A DNA stretch of 64,000 bases from assembly GCA_040881795.1 (NCBI GenBank), contig JBBECN010000235.1, positions 817-64,816 on the forward strand. Direction: 5' to 3'. The position numbers were made by a program, and so were the translations under genes. Below, one piece after another: positions 10,290 to 19,955 of this stretch. Position 1 is the stretch's first letter; each line of letters begins with the position of its first letter. The stretch comes from Akkermansiaceae bacterium. GTDB lineage: Bacteria > Verrucomicrobiota > Verrucomicrobiia > Verrucomicrobiales > Akkermansiaceae. Under the pieces are notes generated by a model. The model did not search any database and was not told where the DNA came from. It saw only the letters and a program-made list of their open reading frames with translations.

Positions 10290-11828
10290 CTAATCTTTTG
10301 GTTCAATGTTTTTCATCAATTCAAACGGGGCGCCCTTCAGACGGGCTTCCCATCCGCGCTGGCGTTTACCGGGCGGGGTAAGGACGGCGGAGAGATCTTC
10401 ATCCTTCATGGCACGTTTTACGATCTCGGAGTTGCAGTTGCCCCCGTCGTTGAATCGAGCCATCAGCTCCAGCGTTTTGGAATGCAGTTGGTCCTTCAAG
10501 GCCTGGCTGGTGGGATCGGCGAAGAGATTGCGGGTTTCCCATGGGTCGTTCTTGCGGTCGTAAAGCACATTGAATGTCTCTTTCCCGCCGGCGATCCCCG
10601 CCTCCGACGGGTCATGCAGAGCCACCGAATAGGTGTATCTCTTGGTGTAAACGCCACGCCAGTTGAGCGGGGTGAAAAGCAAGGGTTGCACGTCCACGCC
10701 GTCGTCACGTCCCTGCAGAATCGCTTGTGAGGCGTTGCGACCCTGACAACTGTCCGGAACCGGCATATCCAACATTCCAAGCAAGGTGGGCATGAGATCA
10801 AGGGTGCCGATCAGCAAATCACTCGTGCCCGGTTGCAAACGGGCAGGCCAGCGGATGATGAAGGGAACCCGGGACGAAACATGCTCGGCACGTCCCTTGT
10901 TGTTCGGCCAGTCGTAGCTCATCAGCGTATCCCCGTGATCGGTAGTGAAGACAACAATGGTGTTTTCCGCAAGCTTGTGTTCCTCAAGTTTGTCCATCAT
11001 TTTTCCGAACGCGCGGTCGATGCCCGTGATCATCGCCATATGTCCCTGATAGGCCCGGCGCACTTCGGGGGTGTCCTTGACGTTGGGACGCAGTGTGAGC
11101 TTGGCTGGATCATACAGTTGAAGCAGGTCCGGCGGCGCATCATAGCCCTCATGCGCACGACCCCAGTTATGTGGCGGATGCCATGACAGGAAGAGGGCGA
11201 AGGGCTTGTCCGCGTGGCGATCCATAAATTCGAGGGCTTGGCGGGCTTGCCCGTCGGATTCCCACTCGCCGTAGAATTTCCGGGTTACACCATCCTGATC
11301 CCAATACCAGGAGCGCTTGGCGTCATAGACCAAGGTGCAGTTATTGGTCAGGAATTCGTGATCGAAACCATAGCGATACGGACCGGCAGGCACACCACGA
11401 TCACGATCGCCGCCATAGAGATGCCACTTGCCGATGTATCCGGTCCGGTAACCTCCATCGCGCAACACCTCGGCGAAATATTTTCCATTGCCGGGCAACA
11501 TTCTCACATCATTTTGAAAAGCACCATTATGGAGCGGGTGGGTTCCACTGAGAAGAATGCCACGGTAGGGTGTGCATACCGGCGAGTTGGAGACGCAGTG
11601 ATGGAATCTAACGCCCTGGGAAGCGAGGCGGTCGATATTCGGGGTGATGATCTCCCGGTTGCCATAACATCCGAGCATATCGGACGAATGTTGGTCGGTG
11701 AAGACAAAAACGAGATTGGGTTTGGACGTCCCTGAAAAAAGTAAAAAGGGCGTGAGCGACAAAAGAATGCCGAGCAGGCGGGAAAGGTTGGAGAAGTAGG
11801 AAAATTGAAGATGGGATGGCAAGTGCAT
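10290..11828 (-). CDS. Sulfatase, S1 formylglycine-dependent
   Basis: PNLVFVFTDQH, CTPYR (CxPxR), GYIGKWHL and FTTDHG. Start moved to MHLPSH (11828), ahead of the hydrophobic signal segment. Confidence 0.92.
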   Translation of the reverse strand: MHLPSHLQFSYFSNLSRLLGILLSLTPFLLFSGTSKPNLVFVFTDQHSSDMLGCYGNREIITPNIDRLASQGVRFHHCVSNSPVCTPYRGILLSGTHPLHNGAFQNDVRMLPGNGKYFAEVLRDGGYRTGYIGKWHLYGGDRDRGVPAGPYRYGFDHEFLTNNCTLVYDAKRSWYWDQDGVTRKFYGEWESDGQARQALEFMDRHADKPFALFLSWHPPHNWGRAHEGYDAPPDLLQLYDPAKLTLRPNVKDTPEVRRAYQGHMAMITGIDRAFGKMMDKLEEHKLAENTIVVFTTDHGDTLMSYDWPNNKGRAEHVSSRVPFIIRWPARLQPGTSDLLIGTLDLMPTLLGMLDMPVPDSCQGRNASQAILQGRDDGVDVQPLLFTPLNWRGVYTKRYTYSVALHDPSEAGIAGGKETFNVLYDRKNDPWETRNLFADPTSQALKDQLHSKTLELMARFNDGGNCNSEIVKRAMKDEDLSAVLTPPGKRQRGWEARLKGAPFELMKNIEPKD

Positions 11829-12161
11829 CGCGGGTGTGGGTAGTTGTATTTCTATCAAATCATCCTGCACTGGGATTCTTAGCGTCCCAGGACGAGACTT
11901 TGTGTGTGTGCTGTCAGATGCGCAAACCTTGTGCAAGGAGTTGGGTAGTCGCTGAATCCGTGAGCGCGGGAGAACATGAGATCCCGACGCCTTGGGATTG
12001 GTAATTTAGAGCGCAGAAGAACCTGCTTGGTCCCGCCCTCCACGCCACCGGGCCCATGCAAGCCGCAGCGATTTGAAGCGCGGCGCTTGCCGGGGGTCCG
12101 GCGGCGAGGAATGGGAAGTGCTTCGGTGCAAAAGATGGATGAGCGAACACAAAGTGAACTC

Positions 12162-12932
12162 TCAAGGACGGCGGCGGGGCAGCAGGAACGTAAGTCCAAA
12201 TAGACCCAACAACAGGCTGGACGGCTCAGGAATCGGCTCCACCTGGAGTTTGAAGTTGTCGATCGAACCGCTCACACTTTCATGCTTGCTGAAGCCAACA
12301 CCCAGTATCGTTGGATTGGCGGCGTAGGTGAAAGTGCTGCCTAGCTGAGTCGCACCATTGAACATACTGGTTTTCCAAAGACTTCCGGTAGTATCCAGAA
12401 CGATACTCAAATTTACCGCGCCGCCAGCGAACGTGTTGACGATGAGCCCACCTGTCTGGGGACCCGCGAAGCCTTGCAGCGCGGATGAACCCGTATCACC
12501 TTTCAGCATCCATGAAACCCCGTTGACATTTCCGAAGGCGAACAAGCCGGAATCGCCTGTCAATTTGTCGGCGAAACCCAAGGCCAACCACTGTCCGGAG
12601 GCTGTGGTAGCGCTGATGGTAGCACTCAAGGTATAGGTATTTCCTGCTGCTGGCGTGAACGGTAGCAGAGCGGCAACACGGCCGGCGGCTAAAACGCCAC
12701 CGGCACTGGCTGTGCCATCCGCTTGAAATCCAGTCGCGAAAGACGTAGCGCTGTTGAAGCTCCATGTTTCGGTTCCTGGCCGGACCGTTGGTGCTTGGCC
12801 GCTGAGTGTCGTTCCCGATGTGCCGGAGAAGGTGTCTTCGTAGATCGATGAGACTGCCGCCGTTGCATGGAAACTGCCGGCAAGGATTGCAACGAGGAAC
12901 ATGCCTGCTGACGTATGGTTTTTGTTTTTCAT
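12162..12932 (-). CDS. PEP-CTERM surface protein with one uncharacterised beta-sandwich-like domain
   Basis: Signal peptide; C-terminus IPEPSSLLLGLFGLTFLLPRRRP. Confidence 0.92.
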   Translation of the reverse strand: MKNKNHTSAGMFLVAILAGSFHATAAVSSIYEDTFSGTSGTTLSGQAPTVRPGTETWSFNSATSFATGFQADGTASAGGVLAAGRVAALLPFTPAAGNTYTLSATISATTASGQWLALGFADKLTGDSGLFAFGNVNGVSWMLKGDTGSSALQGFAGPQTGGLIVNTFAGGAVNLSIVLDTTGSLWKTSMFNGATQLGSTFTYAANPTILGVGFSKHESVSGSIDNFKLQVEPIPEPSSLLLGLFGLTFLLPRRRP

Positions 12933-13005
12933 GATATTGGTATTGATGTTGGTTTGTTTGAAGGAAAATAGGGATTTGGTCTTTGAGAAGGACTTGGATT
13001 GAGGA

Positions 13006-14739
13006 TCATTGGTTCTGGACTACCTTGAGACGTGCGAAGCTCGGTGTGCTACTCTGCGGCATCTCGTAAGTGATCTCACTAATGTCCTCGTAGGTCGCGA
13101 CGATTTCCTGCCATGGATCGTCGTCCCCCAGATCGGAAGAGACTTCGATGGCGTAGCGGATTTTCTCGTCGGCAGCCGCATCGGCTCCCTTCAGGTACGT
13201 AACGGTCAGAGTGTTACCCGTCACCACCAAGGGCGCCGGGTCGATGACATCCGGGACGGCGGGAAGCATTCCAAGCGCATATTCCATGCCGTTGGAAGTA
13301 CCGTCGAGATCGAAGTCTTCATCGAAGGGTTCGCCCTCAATTCCATTGTCGGCGGCCCAACCCTTGAAGCCGCTGAGAACCACCCCGATGTCTTGGTATT
13401 CCAGCTTGAAGTTATCAATATACCCCGGAACGAGATGGCCTTTCGAAAAGCCGACACCCAGGATGGTGGGGTTCGACAGGTAGGTGTGGGTGGTGCCTCG
13501 CTGCACTCCCCCGCGGAAAAAGTTCACTGTCCACTGTTCGGCACTGGTATTCAGTTCAATGAGCCAGGTGGACTCCCCGATATTGAAATTGTTGAAAATT
13601 ACATCCGTGATATCCGGACCGGCGAACGCTTGGGAGCCATGCGCGCCCGGACCCGCCTGAAAGGCCCAGGCAATGCCGTTGAGCGGGCTGAAGGCAAACA
13701 AGCCTGATTCTCCATCTGCGGTGGTGAGGCGATCCGCGAAGCCGAGGGCGAGCCACTGGCCGGTTGCGGTCGCGTTCATGGTGCCAGTGAGTCGATAACG
13801 GCGGCCTGGCTCGGGTGTGAACGGGAGGAGCGCCGCGACTTGACCCAAGGCACCTCCGTCGGTGGCGACCGCCGTGCCATCTGCCTTGAAGCCATCAAGG
13901 GCGGTGGAGTTCTGGAAACTCCATGTTTCTTCATTCGGCCGGACGTCGGGAGCTGATCCATTCAAAGAAGCTGCTGCGTCACCATTGAAATCATCCTCGT
14001 AAACCGTTACCCAAGGCGGCTCGGGTATCACTACGGCGTCCTCAGCTGTCAGCTTGAAGTTATCGACCGTGCCTCCGACACCCTCATTTTTGGTGAAGCC
14101 GACCCCTGCGATGGTGGGATTGACTGGATAAGTGAAGGTCTCTCCCTGTTGAATCCCACCCCGGAAGAAGCTGGTTTTCCACTGGGAACCACCGGTATCC
14201 AGGACGATCTCGTAGTTTTGAACCCCTGATGTGAATGTGCCGAGGACAAGATTCGTATTCTGTGGACCTGCGAAGAATTGGTTACCAGAAGATCCGGGGC
14301 CGGCCGCCAGTATCCAGGAAATCCCTTGCAGCGAGCTGAAGGCGAACAATCCTGAAGTATTGTCTGCGGTTGTCAGCGTGTCGGCGAAGCCAAGGCCGAT
14401 CCATGAAGTGGACTCGGTGGCGGCCACGCTGGCCGTAAGGCGGTAAATTTTACCAGCCACGGGGCTGAAAGGGAGGAGAGCCGAGATTTGGCCATCCACC
14501 CCGCCACCCGTATTCACGACCGTGCCGTCGGCAGTAAATCCGTCCAAAGCCGTGGCATTGTTGAATTGCCAAGTTTCAGCAGCAGGCCGAATATCGGGGT
14601 TGGTTCCCTTCAAGCTGGCTCCTGGCGTTCCGCTGAAGTCATCTTCATAAATCGTGATCAGTTCGCCGGCGGCGTGGGCTGTGATTACGGCAAATATCGC
14701 CGGAATGACGAATTGCGGGAGTAATTGGGGTTTTTTCAT
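13006..14739 (-). CDS. Secreted protein with two copies of the 12162 domain plus the C-terminal FxRL domain
   Basis: Start MKKPQ (14739); two YEDDF...DNFKL units; FKGWA..DFDLDGTSNGMEYALG...SFARLKVVQNQ. Confidence 0.85.
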   Translation of the reverse strand: MKKPQLLPQFVIPAIFAVITAHAAGELITIYEDDFSGTPGASLKGTNPDIRPAAETWQFNNATALDGFTADGTVVNTGGGVDGQISALLPFSPVAGKIYRLTASVAATESTSWIGLGFADTLTTADNTSGLFAFSSLQGISWILAAGPGSSGNQFFAGPQNTNLVLGTFTSGVQNYEIVLDTGGSQWKTSFFRGGIQQGETFTYPVNPTIAGVGFTKNEGVGGTVDNFKLTAEDAVVIPEPPWVTVYEDDFNGDAAASLNGSAPDVRPNEETWSFQNSTALDGFKADGTAVATDGGALGQVAALLPFTPEPGRRYRLTGTMNATATGQWLALGFADRLTTADGESGLFAFSPLNGIAWAFQAGPGAHGSQAFAGPDITDVIFNNFNIGESTWLIELNTSAEQWTVNFFRGGVQRGTTHTYLSNPTILGVGFSKGHLVPGYIDNFKLEYQDIGVVLSGFKGWAADNGIEGEPFDEDFDLDGTSNGMEYALGMLPAVPDVIDPAPLVVTGNTLTVTYLKGADAAADEKIRYAIEVSSDLGDDDPWQEIVATYEDISEITYEMPQSSTPSFARLKVVQNQ

Positions 14740-14840
14740 GATGGTTGTAATGTTAGCGTAAAAGCTTGGATTGTTGTTCTTGGTGGGGTTAATGATGTTC
14801 GTATGGTGTGGATGGATTTCGAGGGGCAGGGATCCATGGG

Positions 14841-15539
14841 TCATCCGTTATCTTCAGGCGCTTCCCGGAAGTCGTTGAACCCGATCACCTGCGGAGTGGA
14901 TCGGCCCCCGGTTCCTATGACAAAAACGACCATGCGGGATCGTGGATCGTGGATCCATTGAGTCTGGCAGATCGGGTAGTAACGCGGGTCATCCGGCAGA
15001 CGGTAAGAAAGATTGACCTGGTAGGGTTCGGCTCCCCGGGCGGGAGCGTCCAGCAGGACGCGCGTGTTGGGTTTCATCACGAGTTTACTCGAACCCACAT
15101 CGCCGCCAATGGTTTTAGGACTGAGGTTAAACCACATCATTCGACCTTTTGGGAAACGTGTATGGCCTGCGTCGATGATTTGGAAGCGCACTGGAACCAC
15201 CGTATTGGACGGATCACCGGAGATGACAAGATAGCAGTCGGACACGTTTTCCTGCACTTTGGCGGAAGGAGCACCGGCAGGAATCACCTCGCCAGCTACA
15301 AGCGGAGTGGTTAGAAGATACAGCGTTAGATTTCCGGCCGGGAGTGTGTGCACTTCCGAGAAGTTCATTTCCGGCAGGTGGACTTCCCTGGAAGTTGTTC
15401 CGTCAAAGAGGTGAAGCTTGCGGGGCGCATCCGGCGGTGGACTCAGGAACAGGATGCGGCACGTGCGCAGAGAACCCTTCGGCTGGGCGAATGCCGGAAG
15501 CGGAAGGAGCAGCGAAAGTGTCAGGAGGAGGATGCGCAT
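14841..15539 (-). CDS. Secreted ~230-aa hypothetical protein, partner of Verru_Chthon-A-like protein (copy 1)
   Basis: Signal peptide; paralogous to 44406-45110 (EVxL...SE, ID.....FPxG....NLS, QTxW); starts 32 bp after the A-like stop. Confidence 0.8.
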   Translation of the reverse strand: MRILLLTLSLLLPLPAFAQPKGSLRTCRILFLSPPPDAPRKLHLFDGTTSREVHLPEMNFSEVHTLPAGNLTLYLLTTPLVAGEVIPAGAPSAKVQENVSDCYLVISGDPSNTVVPVRFQIIDAGHTRFPKGRMMWFNLSPKTIGGDVGSSKLVMKPNTRVLLDAPARGAEPYQVNLSYRLPDDPRYYPICQTQWIHDPRSRMVVFVIGTGGRSTPQVIGFNDFREAPEDNG

Positions 15540-15571
15540 GGAGCGTGTGGGAGATGGATCGGGTTATTGTC

Positions 15572-18500
15572 TCAGACCTCAGAAGGATTCAACCAACGGA
15601 AAGAGATGATTTCAAATCGGCGGCCGAATGTCTCATTGACCACCTTTTTTCTTGGAACCGACCCGGAGGAATTCGAAAGGTCGGCAGTGGCGGCGTCTTC
15701 GGAGGGATCAACGAAGTCGCGGGACCTGCGGACGGTTGCTTCGCAAATGGCGGAGGCGAGGATTTTCTTCCCAGTTGCATCCCGGACATCCCCGTAGGCC
15801 CTGATGGTGAAGGTATCATCGCGAACACTCAGGATAGGGGCAAGTGGCCGGAGCACGTCCGCCTGGCGGGTCCACCCTGGAATGCCGTAGAGGTTATAGC
15901 CTTCCGCAGCCTTTGGAAACTGGTATCCTGAGTTGGGAATTGTGGCGGTGGAGACGTTGGTGGTCTCAGGTGTCAGGTTGACCTTCAGAGTGCGGAAGGG
16001 ATCGAGCCCGCTGACTGAGAGATTGTTCAGGGCGGTCTGAAGGGTGCCTGCCAGGGCAAGATCCTCGTTGGATGAGAGCTGTCGATTGACGAACTCGGAC
16101 AAGGAAAGGAAAGGACCACGCAACCTGACTTGCTCGACGATTTCCTTGGCAAGGAAATCGAGCTGTCTTTCGTCAAACTGGCGGTATCCTGCGTATTCCG
16201 CGCAATCAGCCTTGGCTCCGGAACTTCCCGCCCGGCTTGCTTCCACATCTCCGGCAACGCTGAAACGGCTGAATGCGTAGTCTGAGCGATTCGAAAGTTG
16301 TGGCCGGCTGGAACTGTCGAGATGGGCGGTTTTCTGGTTACGGGAGTGACCAAGGAGTGCCCGCCATGCCTTCTCCGAGGTGGAGTTCACGTTGAACATT
16401 CCCACCACCTCAAATCGTGAAGCGATGGTTTTCCACGAGCCTTCGGCGGCCACCTGTTTTTCGAAAGAAGAGTCCGGGTCTGCCTGATCTACGGGGAGCG
16501 GATGGTATGCCCGGTTGGCAAGCGGCTTGGACGGATCTTTGAGGAATTCGGTCCAACGTTTCTTCAGGCTGTTTCCCGGGGCAGGCCTTCCAAACGCCGC
16601 AGGCTCGGGAGCCAATGAGGATACAAACCAATCGTCGAAGAGCAGGTGATTGAGGCAGTATGAATCATCATGCTGCAGGTTTTGTCCACCTTTGGCCGCC
16701 TCTGCCGACGTATTGGAAGCCGTGCCTTTTGAGATCAAGGGTGAGGCATCGCTGTTGGCCACAAGATTGAAGGCGTAGGGGGGCACCGGATTTTCATAGC
16801 GCGCGTCCCAGTTTTGGAGCTCCGCGAGCGAGGCGAGCGGGCGGGTGGGCACTTCCGAAATTACGCAGCGCGAGAGTCCATCGGCGGCCTGGAAGCCAGT
16901 GATGATGTAACCCCGGCCTGAGCCAGGATCCACATTGGGTGTGAAGGTGCTGCCCGCGGTGAGTCCTTGAAAGCTGAACTCAAAGGGGGAGTTTACATTG
17001 TGTCGCGCTCCAGGATAGTCATATAGGATGGTGGACTCCCTTGCCGCACGGATGCCCATTGCCGTGAAGTTGACGAACGGACTGGACTGAACAAACCCCT
17101 TCGAAGAAAGGTGGGTATTGCTGGCCATTCGGGCGCCAAAGGTGATTGATAAGAAAGGAGCTGCAACCGTGGAAGCTTGAGCCAGCGAGACGGAAGGGAA
17201 TTTCTGTGAGCCCATCGGGGGGTAATAAACATTGGCCATCGAGCGTTCATACTTCATCCGGTAGGCCAATACCCATGCATTGCCCATGAACATGTTGATA
17301 TTCACCCCGACGCCATCGGGCCCGCCGGGTCCATCGACGAACTCGGAGTCGAAGATCATGTCAGTTGTGATCAAGCTACGGCCTGGCCTTGTTTCCGCGC
17401 CCACTCCGAGTGCGACAGGGAAGGTCATGCCGTAGGTGGGGTTGTAGCCGGCCATAAGTTCTAAAACGGCACCGACCGGACTGAGGGATTTCGCGGAAAA
17501 AACCCGGGTCTCACCGGGAGCCAGAGTGATGGAATCCTTGACGGTGTGACGAGAGTTCCCGCCGCCCAGGCCAACGATACCCCTGCCCTTGGAAACGTCG
17601 GTGAGCCCGTATCCACCGCCTGAGTCATCTTTGAGGGTGAAGCGCTTGCCGAGTGAAGAACCGTCGATCTTGTAGTCGATGGCGGGAGGCAGGGTTCCAT
17701 ACAGGTCAAGATTGAGAGCACCGGTGGTTTTGATCGCGACGTTGTAGGGATTCCAAAGTGTGATGACCGGATTGACAATGACGTCGAGATCATATTTGCC
17801 TTTCACAGAACTACTTGGTTTGGATTTGTGGGCAAAAATCCACTGGACGCGTGCGACGGCCGGAAGCAGCCGCACTTTGTGGGTAAAGTTAAAGGTATCA
17901 CCGGTGATGCTAACAGCGCGGGCGTCGAGCGCGGGTGTCTGGGATGGCCCGGTGGAAGGTATTTCCTTGTAGAGATTCACGTAGTTGATCAGATTCGACC
18001 AACTGGAAATTGCCGGGAAGCGGTAAATAGGGTCGTATGCGCTTCCGCCGCCACGGTAGGCACTCCACGGATAGACCACAGACCGGGCGGTATAGGGAGC
18101 TTGCGAGGTTGCGCGGGTTGCCGCGACATCCTGTTCCGGAGTAAGTCGGAAGAAGGGTAAGCCGGAAGTGGGAAGGGTCTCCCAATTTTCCGCTACGAGT
18201 GTCAGGTCCTTTCGCCAGCCGCCTGTCGCTGAATTGGTCAGAAGGCCCACAGAGGTGGTGGAGAGATCGTGAAAGAATTGTCTGGGGTTTGGTGTGGTCG
18301 GGTTGCTGGAGATGAGTGCCACCTGCCCCAGGCTGAGTGCCTTGGTGGCCGACGAGGTTAACGACGGATCGTTCACCGAAGGATGGTCCAGCAGGGAATC
18401 CAAGCCGAACGGCTGCGGGTCAGTCGTTTGATGAGACTTGGCGGCGGAGGCCCAGCCTGCGGTGGTGTCCGAGACGGGGTCCTGCGGGCTGGGCAGTCGG

Positions 18501-19138
18501 GCCTTCTGGTTTTCACCGCTTACCCACCATGCGAATGAGCCCTTTAGCCGGGGATCGTTCAGTGGAGTGGGGGTCAGGTGGACGACTGGATTCCCACCAC
18601 CAACGGTGTTGACTCCAAGCAGACTCACCTTGCCTTCCGCCAGACTGGCATCCGGGGGTCTGCTCACGTCCGGCTCGCTGGCAGCGGAAGAAACCGAATC
18701 CATCCAGCCCAGGAAACGTTTTGACTTTCCCCCGAGGTAGTCAGGCGCTATCGGCCTGCCTTGAAAGGTTCCGGAGGTTTCGTGATCACTCCCCTCCCAG
18801 CTTTTCCAAACGCCTAAGATCGGGGGGAGGTTTGCCTTGGTCAAATCCGCGCGGGCCGTGATCCGGGTATCTTTTCCCGCATGTTTTTGGAGGTCACCGA
18901 CAGCCAGCAACAGGGCCATCCGGGCATTGGCCCGTGCCGCAGAAAGCGCTGTCGATTGGCCCGAAGTGCGCATGCTGATGGACGCAATGGAGAGTAGTCC
19001 GACAGCGATCACCACCAACAAGATCATGAGCGATAGCGTGACAATTAATGCAAAGCCATGGTGATGGGCAGCAAAAATGTGGGTGCGAGGGTGAGATACA
19101 ATGGGTTTCACTGGCAATTTATTTCCTGAATCAATCAA
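15572..19138 (-). CDS. Verru_Chthon cassette protein A-like giant PilX/GspK-type pseudopilin (copy 1)
   Basis: G|FALIVTLSLMILLVVIAVGLL prepilin-like N-terminus lacking Glu5; ARANARMALLLAVGDLQKHAGKDTRITARA, FNVNSTS, RGPFLSLSEFVNR, VRDDTFTIRAYG and GRRFEIISFRWLNPSEV. Start codon uncertain. Confidence 0.82.
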   Translation of the reverse strand: MIDSGNKLPVKPIVSHPRTHIFAAHHHGFALIVTLSLMILLVVIAVGLLSIASISMRTSGQSTALSAARANARMALLLAVGDLQKHAGKDTRITARADLTKANLPPILGVWKSWEGSDHETSGTFQGRPIAPDYLGGKSKRFLGWMDSVSSAASEPDVSRPPDASLAEGKVSLLGVNTVGGGNPVVHLTPTPLNDPRLKGSFAWWVSGENQKARLPSPQDPVSDTTAGWASAAKSHQTTDPQPFGLDSLLDHPSVNDPSLTSSATKALSLGQVALISSNPTTPNPRQFFHDLSTTSVGLLTNSATGGWRKDLTLVAENWETLPTSGLPFFRLTPEQDVAATRATSQAPYTARSVVYPWSAYRGGGSAYDPIYRFPAISSWSNLINYVNLYKEIPSTGPSQTPALDARAVSITGDTFNFTHKVRLLPAVARVQWIFAHKSKPSSSVKGKYDLDVIVNPVITLWNPYNVAIKTTGALNLDLYGTLPPAIDYKIDGSSLGKRFTLKDDSGGGYGLTDVSKGRGIVGLGGGNSRHTVKDSITLAPGETRVFSAKSLSPVGAVLELMAGYNPTYGMTFPVALGVGAETRPGRSLITTDMIFDSEFVDGPGGPDGVGVNINMFMGNAWVLAYRMKYERSMANVYYPPMGSQKFPSVSLAQASTVAAPFLSITFGARMASNTHLSSKGFVQSSPFVNFTAMGIRAARESTILYDYPGARHNVNSPFEFSFQGLTAGSTFTPNVDPGSGRGYIITGFQAADGLSRCVISEVPTRPLASLAELQNWDARYENPVPPYAFNLVANSDASPLISKGTASNTSAEAAKGGQNLQHDDSYCLNHLLFDDWFVSSLAPEPAAFGRPAPGNSLKKRWTEFLKDPSKPLANRAYHPLPVDQADPDSSFEKQVAAEGSWKTIASRFEVVGMFNVNSTSEKAWRALLGHSRNQKTAHLDSSSRPQLSNRSDYAFSRFSVAGDVEASRAGSSGAKADCAEYAGYRQFDERQLDFLAKEIVEQVRLRGPFLSLSEFVNRQLSSNEDLALAGTLQTALNNLSVSGLDPFRTLKVNLTPETTNVSTATIPNSGYQFPKAAEGYNLYGIPGWTRQADVLRPLAPILSVRDDTFTIRAYGDVRDATGKKILASAICEATVRRSRDFVDPSEDAATADLSNSSGSVPRKKVVNETFGRRFEIISFRWLNPSEV

Positions 19139-19283
19139 GGCAAACCACCGTATCGATCGTCGCCCAACTGGGGTTTTCCAAGCTCTATGTGAGCTTATTC
19201 AAAATCCATCACCCTGTCATGCCATAGGAGTTTATGACATGGATGTGGACGACCGGACGGAGGTCGCCAACCACAGGCCTCGA

Positions 19284-19925
19284 TTAGTCCCGACGTTTTG
19301 TCACCTTGGCCACGGCTTGCGCGCGTGAATGGACGTGCAGCTTCTCATAAATTCTCCGGATGTAGGTATGCAGTGTTCCCATGCTGATGCCTAAATTGTC
19401 TGAGATTTCCTTGTAGAGGTCGCCACGAACCAAGCCGTCCAAGACCTGTCCCTCCCGCTCAGACAACCTTTCCGTGGTGATTGCCTTCGGGGCAGCGTTA
19501 ATTTGGAATGATTGCACCACCTTGCGGGCGATATTAGGACTCATCGGTGAGCCTCCGCTGTGCAATTCGCGGATCGCAGCGATCCATTCCACCTTTGGAG
19601 TTTGCTTGAGAATGTAACCGGTGGCACCTGCCGCAAGTGCCTCGAAAATTTTGTCCGCGTCTTCATACACCGTCACCATACCGAATTGGGTCCTGCTCAG
19701 TAGGGGTTTGAGCTGCCGGACGCACTCAATTCCATTTTGGCCTGTCAGGTTGATATCGACAAGCGCCACGTCAGGTTGATCGTGGGGCATCTTTTCAATC
19801 GCGGTTTCCGCATCAGAATACTGATTGACGACAACGAAATCAGGTTCGTTCTGCAACCAACGGGCGAAGAGATGACGGAGGCGGTCATCGTCTTCAATGA
19901 GGCAAATTCGAATGGGCGTTTTCAT
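19284..19925 (-). CDS. NarL/FixJ-family response regulator (REC plus LuxR HTH)
   Basis: IEDD, LVDINL, GATGYILK, LSEREGQVL...YKEI...YIRRIYEKLHVHSR. Confidence 0.95.
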   Translation of the reverse strand: MKTPIRICLIEDDDRLRHLFARWLQNEPDFVVVNQYSDAETAIEKMPHDQPDVALVDINLTGQNGIECVRQLKPLLSRTQFGMVTVYEDADKIFEALAAGATGYILKQTPKVEWIAAIRELHSGGSPMSPNIARKVVQSFQINAAPKAITTERLSEREGQVLDGLVRGDLYKEISDNLGISMGTLHTYIRRIYEKLHVHSRAQAVAKVTKRRD

Positions 19926-19955
19926 GATGAGAGGGCGGAATTCTGAAATGAGATC

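Noticed and set aside
12108-12140. AATGGGAAGTGCTTCGGTGCAAAA resembles the start of a cobalamin riboswitch
   Set aside because: The closing stem and GCCACTG/B12-box are absent, it is on the strand opposite the flanking genes, and there is no B12-related context.
11879-12199. 106-aa ORF with LPIPRRR twice, echoing the PEP-CTERM tail LPRRR
   Set aside because: It has no hydrophobic segment or PEP motif, overlaps the 12162 gene, and the similarity is short and low in complexity; probably chance.
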